Source: Podarcis bocagei (Eukaryota). Taken from it: a DNA stretch of 64,000 nt. The notes beneath the pieces were generated by a model, which worked only from the letters and a program-made list of their open reading frames with translations, was not told where the DNA came from and ran no database searches. Location: assembly GCA_964188305.1 (NCBI GenBank), contig OZ076887.1. The stretch is one strand, 5' to 3'. The position numbers and the translations under genes were made by a program. Positions 34,145-47,554 of the stretch are shown here, piece by piece; the stretch's first letter is position 1, and each line of letters opens with the position of its first letter.

Positions 34145-35518
34145 CATAGAATCATAGAATCATAGAGTTGGAAGAGACCACAAGGGCCATCGAGTCCAAC
34201 CCCCTGCCAAGCAGGAAACACCACCAGAGCACTCCTGACATATGGTTGTCAAGCCTCTGCTTAAAGACCTCCAAAGTAGGAGACTCCACCACACTCCTTG
34301 GCAGCAAATTCCACTGTCGAACAGCTCTTACTGTCAGGAAGTTCTTCCTAATGTTTAGGTGGAATCTTCTTTCTTGTAGTTTGGATCCATTGCTCCGTGT
34401 CCGCTTCTCTGGAGCAGCAGAAAACAACCTTTCTCCCTCCTCTATGTGACATCCTTTTATATATTTGAACATGGCTATCATATCACCCCTTAACCTCCTC
34501 TTCTCCAGGCTAAACATGCCCAGCTCCCTTAGCCGTTCCTCATAAGGCATCGTTTCCAGGCCTTTGACCATTTTGGTTGCCCTCCTCTGGACACGTTCCA
34601 GTTTGTCAGTGTCCTTCTTGAATTGTGGTGCCCAGAACTGGACACAGTACTCCAGGTGTGGTCTGACCAGAGCAGAATACAGTGGCACTATTACTTCCCT
34701 TGATCTAGATGCTATACTCCTATTGATGCAGCCCAGAATTGCGTTGGCTTTTTTAGCTGCCGCGTCACACTGTTGGCTCATGTCAAGTTTGTGGTCAACC
34801 AAGACTCCTAGATCCTTTTCACATGTACTGCTCTCAAGCCAGGTGTCACCCATCTTGTATTTGTGCCTCTCATTTTTTTTGCCCAAGTGCAATACTTTAC
34901 ATTTCTCCCTGTTAAAATTCATCTTGTTTGTTTTTGCCCAGTTCTCTAATCTGTCAAGGTCGTTTTGAAGTGTGATCCTGTCCTCAGGGGTGTTAGCCAC
35001 CCCTCCCAGTTTGGTGTCATCTGCAAATTTGATCAGGATGCCCTTGAGTCCATCATCCAAGTCGTTGATAAAGATGTTGAATAAGACCGGGCCCAAGACA
35101 GAACCCTGTGGCACCCCACTAGTCACTCTTCTCCAGGATGAAGAGGAACCATTGATGAGCACTCTTTGGGTTCGGTCAGTCATCCAGTTACAAATCCACT
35201 GAGTGGTAGCATAGTCAAGACCACATTTTACCAGTTTCTTTACAAGAATATCATGGGGCACCTTGTCAAATGCCTTGCTGAAATCAAGGTAGACTACATC
35301 CACTGCGTTCCCTTCATCTACCAGGCTTGTAATTCTGTCAAAAAACGAGATCAGGTTAGTCTGACATGACTTATTTTTCAGAAATCCATGCTGACTATTG
35401 GTGATCACAGCATTCCTTTCTAGGTGCTCACAGACTGTTTGCTTAATGATCTGCTCCAGAATCTTCCCTGGTATTGATGTCAGACTGACTGGGCGGTAAT
35501 TATTTGGGTAATTATTTG
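34145..35518 (-). mobile_element. 5'-truncated CR1 LINE (ORF2 reverse transcriptase + C-terminus)
   Basis: [44 protein letters not shown] motifs; (ATTCTATG)n 3' tail. Confidence 0.95.
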
Positions 35519-36810
35519 TAAGAGGGTGATAGAAAGAATGTCGATTCCAGTTACAGCACCACTTTCCTGGCTGATTATTCTTTTTAGGTGGAAATTGACC
35601 TACAGAGCAGCTTGCAAATAGTGTTCTAGGAATACTGACATTCCTCAATGAGAGTATCAGTAATAGCAGAGAAGTAAACAGCTTGTGCACAGCTCACTAC
35701 TACTAATCTTCTGAAAGGAGCAAGTATGAAATTTGGGGTGCTTCTACACTCACTATTTTCAGGTGGGATTCAGTCACATACTGGAAAATTCAGATTGTGA
35801 AATAACTTAATAGGTCTTGTGCAATGAACCTACTTGATTTTCTCACAGAAAGGAAGGTTCTAAATGTCCAGATAAATAAAATTGTCAGACAACATGGAGA
35901 TGTGAAGTGACAAGAAGCATGCTGCACTTGTACCTCCTGTTCCTTCAAGGCTGCATTTAATGTGGCCTTCACCCACAGGACTGTTGTGATAAAACACTGG
36001 GAAATGAGAGAGGATTCTTGTCATTCTTTGTTAAATGGATCCCCATTACAAACACAGGATGCACAGCCAAAGAAAGAGAATGGCCAAGAACATTATAGCT
36101 TGCACCAGAAAAATATATGCAGTAAGCCTCTTATTAAGTATGCATCTGTTTCATTTCAGCTGACTGAAGAAAGACAATACCAATTACTGTTTAACCATTT
36201 TTCTTAGGGACAGCCATTTACTGAATAAAAGGACACACTGTCACTTCCTAGGAGAATATTTTATGAATCTTTCTGATAGCTACTTAGCTTTAGCATCAAA
36301 AATTCCCTTAAAATGTCAACTGGAGTAAAAAAATACAGTGCCTTTTCAACCTCTTTCAAAGTCTGTAGATGAGCCAGCTAAGACACTCTGGCTCCCAAAA
36401 TTATGTCAGTGAAATACAAATGAGAAACAGAGCGCAATTGATGTCTCTTTCTTACCATGTTCTGACTGTATTTAAACTTTCTTGTGCCTTAAAGAAACAG
36501 GATGGGGTGTACATAATTGTTATAAGTCCCAAATAGAGATCATGATAGAATAAATGATCAACTGAAGTTATTAAGATTAAACTGTAGTGTAGTTAATTAC
36601 TTTCAGAAACAAAAGCTTCCAGCCTCCTCACTGCAATGCCAGAGGAGAAGAAGGATGGTGTGGGAATCTGAAGCTCAGACACATAACAGTAAACACTAGC
36701 TGGATCCCCTCAGTATAAGGAGCTGGCTGAAGAAGCCTTCCAAATCTCACGCGAAAGATGTTTGTCTATATAATGCAGTCAACCAGTGGAAAAGTCATGC
36801 ATTAGTATAT

Positions 36811-36892
36811 TAGAATTGTAGAATTGTAAGGGACCCAGAGGGTCATCTAGTCCAACCCCCTGCAATGCAGTAATCTCAACTAAAGCATCCAT
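36811..36892 (-). mobile_element. CR1 3' end fragment
   Basis: TAGAATTGTAGAATTG...GTCATCTAGTCCAACCCCCTGC, similar to 34145-34210. Confidence 0.65.
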
Positions 36893-38665
36893 TATAAATT
36901 TAGCCAAACTGTGCAGGATGCAGAGTAGTATGCAATTTTGTCCCGGCATTTTATTTTAAAAGAAAAGCAGTCACAGGAACCTGCAGCCATGAGTACAAAA
37001 CCAGCAGGGCCATTAGGCAGGCCTGCTCCGTTCCCACTGAGCTATTTTTCCTGGCCCAGTTGCTTGCTTCCTTATGAGGGAAAAGACGCAGAGAGAAAAC
37101 AGCTTGGGAGGTGAATTTTGACTGGGAAAATGTCAGTGGGAGAGAACACATTTCCCATAAAGTTTCCCGGTATGGTCCCTGGCTTGTCCTCAGTGCTTGC
37201 TGAGCTGAGGAAAAAAGCCTGCCTCCCAGGTAGACAATACCTAGCAAAATAGACCAATGGTCTGACTCAGTGTCATATCTCACAGCTTGATAGCTATCCA
37301 CCCACCAAGAGTTAAATACGTTACTGAGCAGCGATAGTGCTACCCCGCCCCCCTCCTTGGGATATGAAGTGCCCTTCAGATATGGTGAGCTTAAGCTGCT
37401 GTGTGCTGGCATAATTTTTCCGGGCAGCACAGTCTGTAGAAATCACTGTTTTCAGAATCTCAATTTAATCTTTCAGTATTCTACACTCCCTTATATCACA
37501 CTCATTTAGTATGGTTTCTCAGTCTCTCTGTTATCTTGCCCTCTGTTTTATCAGATTATATCACGAGACCAACCTGATCAAGTGTTTTGCCACAGAATGC
37601 ATAAAACCCGTACTCTTAACTGGGCTATAAATCAGGCAGTTAGCCTTCAGCAAACATGGTGAACAGTTTCTTTTGTCAGCTATAACAGATCATAGGACTA
37701 ACCACTGCAGATCCTTTCTTTAATCTATGTTCACCTTTATGCATACTGGCTCCCTCATTCATTAGCCATATCACAGGTCAGATGTCACAATTCACCCAGT
37801 CTTACTATTTCAGTTGAATAATTACTATTGTCCTGTGTTTTTCCGAAGGGTTTAATTTAAACAAGGCAAAAAAGGGGGTGGGGAATAAGAAACAAACCTT
37901 AAGAATGGCAACAGACAGCCTGAGCTACAATCACACTCTGGAAGGATCCGAGTTGCATTCAAAATTTGCAGCATTATGTTGCTCACTAGGCATGCAGCCT
38001 ATAACGGAATGGAACTGTTTCAGTAGTTTTGTGTTGGTTTTGGTTACAAAAGTATTTTTTTGTTTTGTTTTAGATTGTTCTGACAAGGATGGTCAAATGT
38101 TCAGCCCAGAAAACTGAATTTTAAGGGCAAATGAAACCTATAAATTTAAGGTGGAAAAGCTAAACAGAATTTGCTGACCTTCTGATTGGCCAATAAATTG
38201 TTATTCCCCCCCCCCATACATTTAAAGTACATGGCTTACCCCAGTGAATTCTGGGAACTGTAGTTTGTTGAGGGTACTAGGAATCGTAGCTCTAGATTTT
38301 GAGAAGAGTTTCACAAGCAGTGTATAGTCCAGAACTGGGAGGCTGTTGCTTAAAGAAAACAAGATGGAGGCCTGATGCACATATGCAGCTCCCTGGGTGC
38401 ACTTAAGAGAGCTCCCTGCATAGTGGTCACATTAATACATTACATTAGGTTCCCAAGATCCTGTAGTCTCAAGTATAAGGCTGTTTTGGCAATGAAACTA
38501 TTTGCCATGGAAAAGGAGACAACATGTTTTTCTTTTCTTTTTTCAAAGTGAAAAAAATGCTTTTATATTTAACCCCCTCAAAAAAATTAACAGAAGTAAA
38601 TCCTATGTTCAGAAAACAACACTGTCATGCATTACAGTAAAACAAAATATATCTAACATCCATGG

Positions 38666-38777
38666 CTATGGCTGAAATACTCCACAGTTCACAATTTTAC
38701 ATTCTACAACTGGCCTCTCGTTGAATGTTTCCACTGCTTCCAGTTCCCGGAGAACTTCTGAGCCCTCAATCAGCTGT
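38666..38777 (-). CDS. PPIL6: PPIL6 exon 8
   Basis: ctttag acceptor; QLIEGSEVL...CGVFQP*. Confidence 0.93.
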
Positions 38778-41700
38778 CTAAAGTAGAGGGGGAAAGCTAG
38801 GTAAGTACTAGGAAGCTATTCCAATTATTTTCAAGTCTAGTCACTGCTGTCATGCTGTACCAATATAGATACTGCATCTAGCCAATTAAGCAGTACTGCC
38901 TCCTCCATATTTTAACTCCAACATTGCTCTTGAGATATACCGCAGAGCTCTTAAACATACCCAAAAGCCACATATTTCTCATTCAAGTAGGGTGCTGGCT
39001 GTAGTGTGATGTAGAACTGAGATGCATTGCTGTGGCGTCCTTTGTTGGCCATTCCCAGAACACCTCTCTTGTCATGGAGAACTGCAAAACTTTCATCTAG
39101 GAAACAGTTTATAAATGTTGTTTCCAAACAGTTTATAAATGGTGGCAGTGTTCTTTCCACTCATTCACATTTTCCCCATTTTCCATCTTCCTCACCCATT
39201 TGCCCCAGTGCGCACTAAGCTATCAGCTGAACAACCTGAAATAGTTCTGAACTTTTTAGGTGTAAAAGTTAGAGCTGCATAGTGTGCATAACCTGTCCCA
39301 ACCAATATCCATGTCAGGTTTCTTCCCGCATCCCCATAATACGTACCAAGCCTTATTCTATTATGTTGCAAGTTTATCTGATTCCACACTCAGTGGCAAC
39401 CAGTGTTGTAGAGTGGGGCAAGAAAAATCACAACATGCCCTCAGAGAAAGAATGTGCCACTTTTAACAGCATTTCTGCATTGACCATAAAAAATATTATT
39501 CAGTCTTTTGCTAAACACTTTCTCCAGGATTAAGTTTCACTCTGTTCAGCAGCATATCTACAAGTTCACTTAAATTTGCAGCTATTCATTTCCTCACACT
39601 CATTCTAGTTTGGATTTTTCAGGCATATGGTTGCCAAAATGATAAATTGCCAGCAATCAAGATACAACAGGCCTTTTTACACATGAGCCTTAAGCTGCCT
39701 TTGAGTATCTTCTGCACACAAACATCTGATCATTGTGAGGAAGAGAAAGTGAGCACTTGTAATGCAAGCTGAAATTCTTGTTAATGTAGTTTTTGCATCT
39801 GCACTACACCTCTGATGGAAGCAAAAGCCACTTTAAACCTCATGTAGAAAATCACTCAGTCAATTTAACTAATTTCCAGCAGGTATTTGAAAAACATGCA
39901 TTTTGTGCTTAATTGAATCCCATAGTCTATTACATTTGTACATTTTGTATTCAGACAATATATTCAGCATAGATTATGCATCCTAGTTGTTGTCAGCAGG
40001 ACATTTGAAGAATATGCTCCTACCTTCAAAAAAAGGTCCATAAATTGACTCGCCTCCAGTCCCTCTTCCTCCCCTTATGTCTGTATATTAATTGAGAAAA
40101 ACTAAGGTTATGAAATTACCTTTTCTGTATTAGAAAGAGAACATGAAACTTCCAAATGTCACCTTATTAAATATAATTTCATGACACTATCTGATAGGAG
40201 TGGCAAACAGCATGATTAATGACTGTTTTCAGCAAAGATCTCTACACTCATGCAAGTTTGTGTTGAATTGACACCATTTTTAGGTTTGGTTCTATCTGCC
40301 CCAAAGGCTCCCATACAATGAAATCTGCACAACACCCTCAATATGATTATCTTCTCTTCCCACTTAATTCCCTAATTTCTCTTAAAATATTGTCAAATAG
40401 TGGGTTTTTGGCTGAGAAATAGCAGCATGACAGGTAATCAATGCCCAGCCGTTGTTTTTCACACTTACCCAAATGTGCACATTGGCTCCTTTATTTTCGG
40501 TGGAAGGACCAAAACTGTGCATACAAAGGAGTGGGTTTGCAAAGCAACTGGCTCAGTCCAAGTGAATGGGGAATGGTAGGAGTCCTCCATTTATGGATCC
40601 CTGCTCATGCTTGCAACAAATTGCCAGAGTGATTTGTTTGCAAGCCTTTGAGACGAGAGGGATAAGGGGGGCAGGGAGAGAAAGGCTTTTATCTTGTAAT
40701 GAGAATGCATAAATCAGTCTTCCTCAACTTGTTACCCTCCAGGTGTTGTGACATCTCCCATCACCCCAGTCCCCATGGCCAATAGTTAAGGATGAAGGAG
40801 GATGTAGTCCCAATGACCCTGGAGAGCCACAGGATTGGGAAGATTGGTATCAATACTAGTATCATCTCAAAGCATCACTCTGATGAGTGCAAATGCAATT
40901 ATACGTGTCAAGTAAGACAGGAAAGTTGCATTGTGTCTTTATTGTATAAACAGGTTTCAATACCCACCTCCTCCTTGTATCCAGCCATTTTTTACAAGCC
41001 GGTGAAAGATAGAATCACGGTAAGTGAGTGGAAGCCCAGACATAGACTTCTTTTTCTCCCCTGAACACAAATACTGGAAGTTTTTACATGTCCTGGGGCA
41101 GATATCAGAATAGAGCTGCACAATGGAGATAGAAAGCATGTGTTAAGTTTCTACAAGTTCAGTCCCAGAGAAGGCCCTTTTGTCATGTCAGTAAAGATCT
41201 CCCCCACAACTCTGGACAATTTTCCAAAGAGGGAATGCCTCTTATAAGATGGTACCTGTCAATTTGCTATTGTATAAAAAAGGGGGGGGGGAGAGATAAA
41301 ATATACTTTCAACTAATGAGGGAATATTTTCAGTATATCAAAATATTTTTAATTGATTAGTCTGTTGCTTATCTACTAACCATTCCAGGCTTAAATGAAT
41401 ACAAACGTTCAGCAGCGCAGCATCATAAGGCTGTGCCTATTGTAACCATTTTGAGCAGCTATCCCACCCATCCAGCTCATTTTGGTTCATGCTCAGCAGC
41501 AGAAAGCATTAACTGTACAGCCATCTCCTTCTCCTCAATTATATCTGTACCTATAGTTTGCAATGGGAATATGAACGCCTGCTAGGATGCTACTTGCCTC
41601 TGCCCCTGCTATGCATTACACCTCCACATTTTCTTGACTCACTCAGCTTTTAGCAATCAATTGATCGGAATACCACAAAAACACATTGTACATTCAGAAA

Positions 41701-44700
41701 GAATTAATAAATTTGAGATACAATCCTAAACTCTAATGGGAGAGAAGTTCCTTACACTAGGTATGGGGCTGGTGCTACGTTGTACGATAGCAGTGGAGTA
41801 TAATAATATCCAGGAAATGGCTGTGTGGCACCCATGACTCTGCCCGGATGTGACTGTTCTGCTGACCAATATTTTCTGGCAGCAGAGCTCCAGTGGCCAA
41901 ATGTTCCACTTTGTTGTTGTTGTTTAGTCGTTTAGTCGTGTCTGACTCTTCATGACCCCATGGACCAGAGCACGCCAGGCACTCCTGTCTTCCACTGCCT
42001 CCTGCAGTTTGGTCAGACTCATGTTGGTAGCTTCAACAACACTGTTCAACCATCTCGTCCTCTGTCGTCCCCTTCTCCTTGTGCCCTCAATCTTTCCCAA
42101 CACCAGGGTCTTTTCCAGGGAGTCTTCTCTTCTCATGAGGTGGCCAAAGTATTGGAGTCTCAGCTTCAGGATCTGTCCTTCCAGTGAGCACTCAGGGCTG
42201 ATTTTCTTAAGAATGGATAGGTTTGATCTTCTTGCAGTCCATGGGACTCTCAAGAGTCTCCTCCAGCACCATAATTCAAAAGCATCAATTCTTTGGCGAT
42301 CAGCCCTCTTTATGATCCAGCTCTCAGTGTACTTCAATGGTGGCCATTTATCCCACAATCCGCTGGTATAGCAGAGCTTCCATTGAACCCTACAGCCTCT
42401 TGGGCATTGGATCCAGAATACAGAATTGTGCCTCTGACATTTTTACATTAACTTTTTACATTAACTTTACATTAACTACATTAACACATGCATATATGCT
42501 TCATTTGAATGAGCTGCAGTTCCTTGGAGTTGAATGTTGAGTCTTTTTAAAATACTATGCACTAGATCCAATGCCAAGGTCTGATTTTTCTTCAGCCACT
42601 TACCTCAAATAGCAATTTTCCTTTAGGCTCTGCCTGAATAGATATTTCAAAGTACACAAACACATGCTGCCAAAAAAAGATAAAGAAAAAAGGCAAAACC
42701 AGTTGTCAAAATAGAACACAGTGACTAATTGGATAAAGATTCTCTTTTGAACATTAGTCATGCTTCAGAAAGTAAAAGGTTGAATCCCATAAGCAAGAAG
42801 CCTCCCAATGTGTTCTGTATCTCTCAAGCTGCCACTTTCCAATTTCCTACTTCTGAGAAATCCTGTCATCAGCTAAGCTGCCAAAGAACTCCGGGTCAAT
42901 GCAGATGTTTCTATGTGTTTTAGGGTGCACATTCTTTTCTTAGGCCACTGGCAAGGCCTTTTGGGCTTAAACTAAGGAAGCATAGTGTTAGGAGTCTTCT
43001 GCAAAGAAACAGAAAAAGATGATTGTAACTTTAAGAACTGTTTCTGTGAGCTCTGGGTGTAGTTTTCTATGCTGATTAGGTACAGCTGGTGATGAGTACA
43101 AAAGGAAGAGAAGTTGCAGTCTGAATTTGCCTGCAAAAGTGAATACCCGCATGCTTTGTGTTTGTAAGGTTGTAAATAGAACTCTTGCTTGAGTATTTTA
43201 CACCTGTCTCATGGTTCTGTCGTCTGCTGCCAGGAAGATACAGTTCCAATATATAGAACATACCCAAAACTCCCCTATGTCTGTGCAACTTGTGTGAGGA
43301 GGCGGGGAGAAGTTCCATCCATGAGCAAACTGGCTTTCAAGGAACTAGTCTGCCATCCATAGGATGGGGCCTTGTGGGCCTTCTCCACAAGCTCCAACAC
43401 CATGTTGTTTTCTTCCAAAAATTGAAAAGAGAATTTTGTTAGCAAAGAGCCCTCATGTTGAAGGACATAACATTTTCTTGCCATAGCCAGTTATGACTCA
43501 CGAAGCAATCGTTTTATATACTCTACCTTTCTTCCAGGGACATCAAAGTGCCCAGGAAAGAGTGTTCAGAGATGCAGGGAGAGTGTGTTTTGACTACATG
43601 CTGTTTTGGCTTCATGTACTATCCCCGGAACATAACCCCTGCATAAGTTGAGAGTTGACTGTATTGTAAGCAAGCAAAGTCATATACCATGTGACCTGGT
43701 TCAGATATCACATTACAACACACCAAACCATGATTTGGAGTATGAGGAATGTGTGGCAGACTGGCACTCTCCGTTTTCTATGCCAATTCCCCCTTCTATT
43801 TCCCGACTTCTTCTTACCAGTTTGCTGTGATGTCTGAATCAGGCAAATTATGGTTAGTACTAACCTCCAAACCATGACTTGAAGTGAGTTATCAAACTAT
43901 GATTTGGAAAATAGTGCTTAGCAAAGTCCACCTGATTTAGATATGACAGCAACTATGGTTAGTGAATTTTAAAATGTTGATGAGGTGCATGCATGTGCAA
44001 GTCCACAGAACATTTCTAATCCTCCAAAGGATTGTTCAAACTGAGACTATAAGGCAAAAATAAATAAATAATGGAGTCACACAGGATCACAGCCAATCTA
44101 AAATATGGTGACCAGCAGTGAAATACTCTAGCTGAAGACACATTTTGAAGCTACAATATTGTTCACAGACCTATTTCCTTTGGGAAATCAATAACCTACC
44201 TGCTTGTTTCTCATGTATTTAGTGAGGAAATCCTGTGTAATTGCTTCATAAAGTGCAACAGGCTTGAAGTCCTCATAATCCCAAACATCATAGGCCCACT
44301 GTAACAGCTGTTTTTCATCTCCAACAAGCTGGCCATCAATAAAGCACATCACGTTGGAAGGATATTCCCATGTTTCCCCTTTTAACTCCTGTGATGAAAA
44401 TGGCAGTGTTTCAGAATCAGCAGGCATTTAATAGAAAAATTAAATGAAGATTTGCAAACAGGGAGAAAACCCACAGAATAGCAGTTCTATCGGAAGTACC
44501 ATGCCTAAGTTCCCGAAGTCAGGTGTCATCACTTCCAGGAAGCAGAGTGCTGGTCTATGTCTTGGAACAGATGGTGTAATCTGCACCTGGTTCAGTGCAG
44601 TGCCCTTGATTAGTGCTTAACTTCTAAGTTCTCATACTAGGGAAGTACTGTACCATATTATTCATGTACCTCTTCCAATGTTCCTCACAATGCCTGGACA

Positions 44701-47457
44701 ATTTGGACAGAACTTGGACCACCTCAACTTTGTCCTGTGAAGCAGCAAGGCAGAGCATCAATCCTGTCAGCAAAACTCCTTGGAATAAGGATGTAGCATT
44801 TCAAATATAAGGCTATGGAAGGATGGGGAGCTTGTGTCCCTCCAGATGTTGTTGGACTCTATTAGTCCCAGCTAGCATGGCCAATGGTCAGAGAAAATGG
44901 GAGATGTAGCACAATGACATCTGAAGGGCCACAGGTTCCCCATTATTGGGCTAGACTAGTGTCCATCAGTGGGAAAGGCTACAATCATATTGCTATTAGT
45001 CTGTGGGTGCCAGACTCCCCTGTGCTATGCATTTCAGATTCCCCTGTGTTATGAGTTTCTGGGTGCCAGACACTGAACCTACTGGTTGTGTGCTCAAGCA
45101 CCTATCTGTGCTTGGTATAATGCAGACTAAAGGCTCATTTCCTGAAAAGATGTTATGAGCAGAACCTGGAGAATAAATAAATCATTCAGTCTGAAAATTT
45201 CAGGAGAGTGCATCTGCTGTAATACCAAAATCAAACCAATCCACTCTGTTTTGGAAATAAGAGAAGAAGAAATACCTTTTTCTTCTCCTGTAAATATTCA
45301 TCCCATGCAAACTGCAGCAAAGGAAGCACTTTCGGCTCTGCTATCTTGTTTGGAAAACTTTTCCTCAGGCCCTGGTTATTCAAGAGAAAATGACAATATT
45401 AAAAAAGGACAGTACAGATCTCTTTATAATTGCTGGTGATGGAATCAATCCAATCATAACTGTACTTTTGCCTTGTTTATCTCATTCACACTACTGTATT
45501 TCCATGGGGATGGATGAGTTGTACTGGTGATGAGTAAAAACCATGGCAAAATATAATAAGGTCAATTCCTTCTCTGTTTACTCCTGAAAGCAGCTTGAAC
45601 ACTAGAATGGTAGTGATAAAGACAACGAGCTAAAAGTTAGGATGTCCCAAGTTCACATCTTTCTTCCGTCATGAACTCACTGAGTGTTCATTGCACTCTT
45701 CACAGTCACACATCCTGTAATATGGAGAACATAACAGTCACTGGCTTTACAGGTTCAATGTGAGACTTACAATCCCAATTTTTTCCCTATGAACCAGCGT
45801 AAACACACACCCTGAAGCCCATTGGCCCTAATGCAGCAGAGCTTTGCTCTGTGTCTTTGCCTGGGCAGTGGCTAGTTTTAGGCCTTGCTTTCCCCCCGTT
45901 TCCCTGCATCACATCTCTGCCTTCCCACTGGACTACTCCTAAGGTCCCAAACTGATCCTGCAGGGACATAGGGTTGTAGCCAGTGCTGCACATGCAGAGT
46001 TCCACTTGCCTGAGGAAGGTTCTCCTTTGTCTCCTCTCCCTGTATGCCTTCATAATATGCTCTGGAGGGTCCCCAGACCCCTTGGAATAAATTTTGAGGC
46101 AGGGGGGAGGCTGTAGGGAGGAGGAGAGCAGGGGAAAATCCACTGAACGAATAGAACAACAGTCATCATACAACCATCATACTCCTAGCAAGTCTGAGCA
46201 CTCTCAGACGTCTCAACCAGGTGTATAAAGATGGATATTTATAAACAGATGTCCATTCTTAATCCTTCCTTTTTCATTCCCCTCAGTGAGCGCCTCCATT
46301 GTTTCCAATCTTACCCTTCATTCTCTGTGTAATAAAACTCTCTTGTGTTTAGACAGCCCAATTGGTTTATTGAAGTGTCAAAGGCCACATAAAACAAGAG
46401 AGGGTCCTGATGTGCCTTGGAGATACAGACATATTGAAGAAACAGCCTGTCATCAACACAGAAGAGCTGCCTGCCACTTCTCAGTAGTGATATCCTTGAA
46501 CATGAATGTGTCATTTTCAAATGAAGCACAGCTAGGAAGCACTGCTGCTGACTGAATTCAAAGAGGTGCAGACTGGAATGTTCCTTCTTCCATGTATCCA
46601 CACTCAGAGAGAGATGCACAAACACCTAAAGTGGTTTAGAAATTCAAGGCAAACACCTGGAAGGTGGACACAAAAGATTTTTGCTACCATACTGTATTAG
46701 TTAAATGACCATCTTTTTTTGAACCAGGGAGTTGGACATTTTGGCTCCTTGAAAGCAGAGCTTTCCAAACTGTGTGTCGCGACACATTAGTGTGTCGGCT
46801 GCAGTGTGTAGGTGTGTCGCAAAAATGCTCCCTGCACTCCTCCTGGGGCTGGAAAGGGGTTAGTTTAACCTCTGCTTTGCTAGTAAAATTGAATTACTGT
46901 GTCGCGAAATGATGCATTTTCAAGTTTGGCAGTTTCAAAATGTTTACTTTGGTTACTGAATACAATGGAAATAAATATATTCCCATTCAAACTGATAATT
47001 TTCTGATGCAAATTCCTTATGCAAATTACCCTAATTCATGTATAATTTCCAATTCAAAATTTTCTGGAAAACTTGTATCATCATAAAATATTACAAGAGG
47101 GTACTCATATAAGCCAAATGGAAGTGGCAAGTTTCTTAATTAAGCTTTTTTCCCCATTTTCTTTTTTTTGGTGAGGAGAGCCCATTCCACAACTGTGCTT
47201 TGGAAGGATGTGCTTTGTACTCTGCAACTGCAACTATACGTAATACAACAGCTGAGGAATACAGTCTACATAAAGACCACACAAGAAAAAAAAGAGGAAG
47301 AATGATGTTAGCAAGTGGCTCCAGTAGGAAGAAAAAAGGTCTGCAACTTACGTACCTCTGCTGCACATTTTGCCATGTGAAAGGAGGGTTCTGTGAGAAG
47401 CCCTACAACCTCCACCTCTTGCAGCCTCACAGGCTGCACAGCACCCTTTCTCCACAT
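38666..47457 (-). CDS. PPIL6: Peptidyl-prolyl cis-trans isomerase-like 6 (probably inactive cyclophilin), 300 aa, 8 exons
   Basis: Exons (minus) 47457-47356, 45371-45276, 44388-44200, 42666-42604, 41115-40968, 40080-40024, 39096-38961, 38777-38666 total 903 nt. Cyclophilin motifs CPRTCKNF, SIFHRLVKNGWIQGGD, GESIYG, GVLGMANKGRHSNASQFYIT and VAFGQLIEG, plus the PPIL6-type N-terminus (VVGL, FAWDEYLQEKK, ETWEY). Confidence 0.95.
38961..39096 (-). CDS. PPIL6: PPIL6 exon 7
   Basis: tcctag / gtatgt; DESFAVLHDKRGVLGMAN...YVAFG. Confidence 0.95.
40024..40080 (-). CDS. PPIL6: PPIL6 exon 6
   Basis: atacag / gtagga; DIRGGRGTGGESIYGPFFE. Confidence 0.93.
40968..41115 (-). CDS. PPIL6: PPIL6 exon 5
   Basis: gtgcag / gtgggt; LYSDICPRTCKNF...WIQGG. 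Confidence 0.95.
41911..42327 (-). mobile_element. RTE-BovB LINE 3' fragment in PPIL6 intron 4
   Basis: RIDAFELWCWRRLLRVPWTARRSN...LQYFGHLMRREDSLEK...RRRGRQRTRW; (CAA)n tail. Confidence 0.92.
42604..42666 (-). CDS. PPIL6: PPIL6 exon 4
   Basis: tggcag / gtaagt; HVFVYFEISIQAEPKGKLLFE. Confidence 0.92.
44200..44388 (-). CDS. PPIL6: PPIL6 exon 3
   Basis: tcacag / gtaggt; ELKGETWEY...MRNKQ. Confidence 0.92.
45276..45371 (-). CDS. PPIL6: PPIL6 exon 2
   Basis: aaccag / gtattt; GLRKSFPNK...QEKKK. Confidence 0.9.
46756..46915. mobile_element. hAT-like element end with TGTGTCGC subterminal repeats
   Basis: CAGAGCTTTCCAAACT start and four TGTGTCG motifs. Confidence 0.5.
47356..47457 (-). CDS. PPIL6: PPIL6 exon 1 (MWRKGAVQPVRLQEVEVVGLL...CAAE)
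   Basis: ATG preceded by an in-frame TGA; gtacgt donor. Confidence 0.85.
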
Positions 47458-47554
47458 CCTTCACAAAGTTTTCTGTCTTTTCTCCTCTTCTCCTTGCTGC
47501 CTCAGTTGCCTCCTTCCCCTCAAACATCCGGGAGAAGGAATAAAAACAATCCTG

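Noticed and set aside
34152-35690. 512-aa ORF with a signal-peptide-like N-terminus fused to reverse transcriptase
   Set aside because: It starts at GTG. The first ~57 codons are flanking DNA open by chance and the rest is a truncated CR1 ORF2, not a domesticated gene.
40880-40910. CTGATGAG followed by a short stem, resembling a hammerhead core
   Set aside because: No GAAA after the stem and no closing helices.
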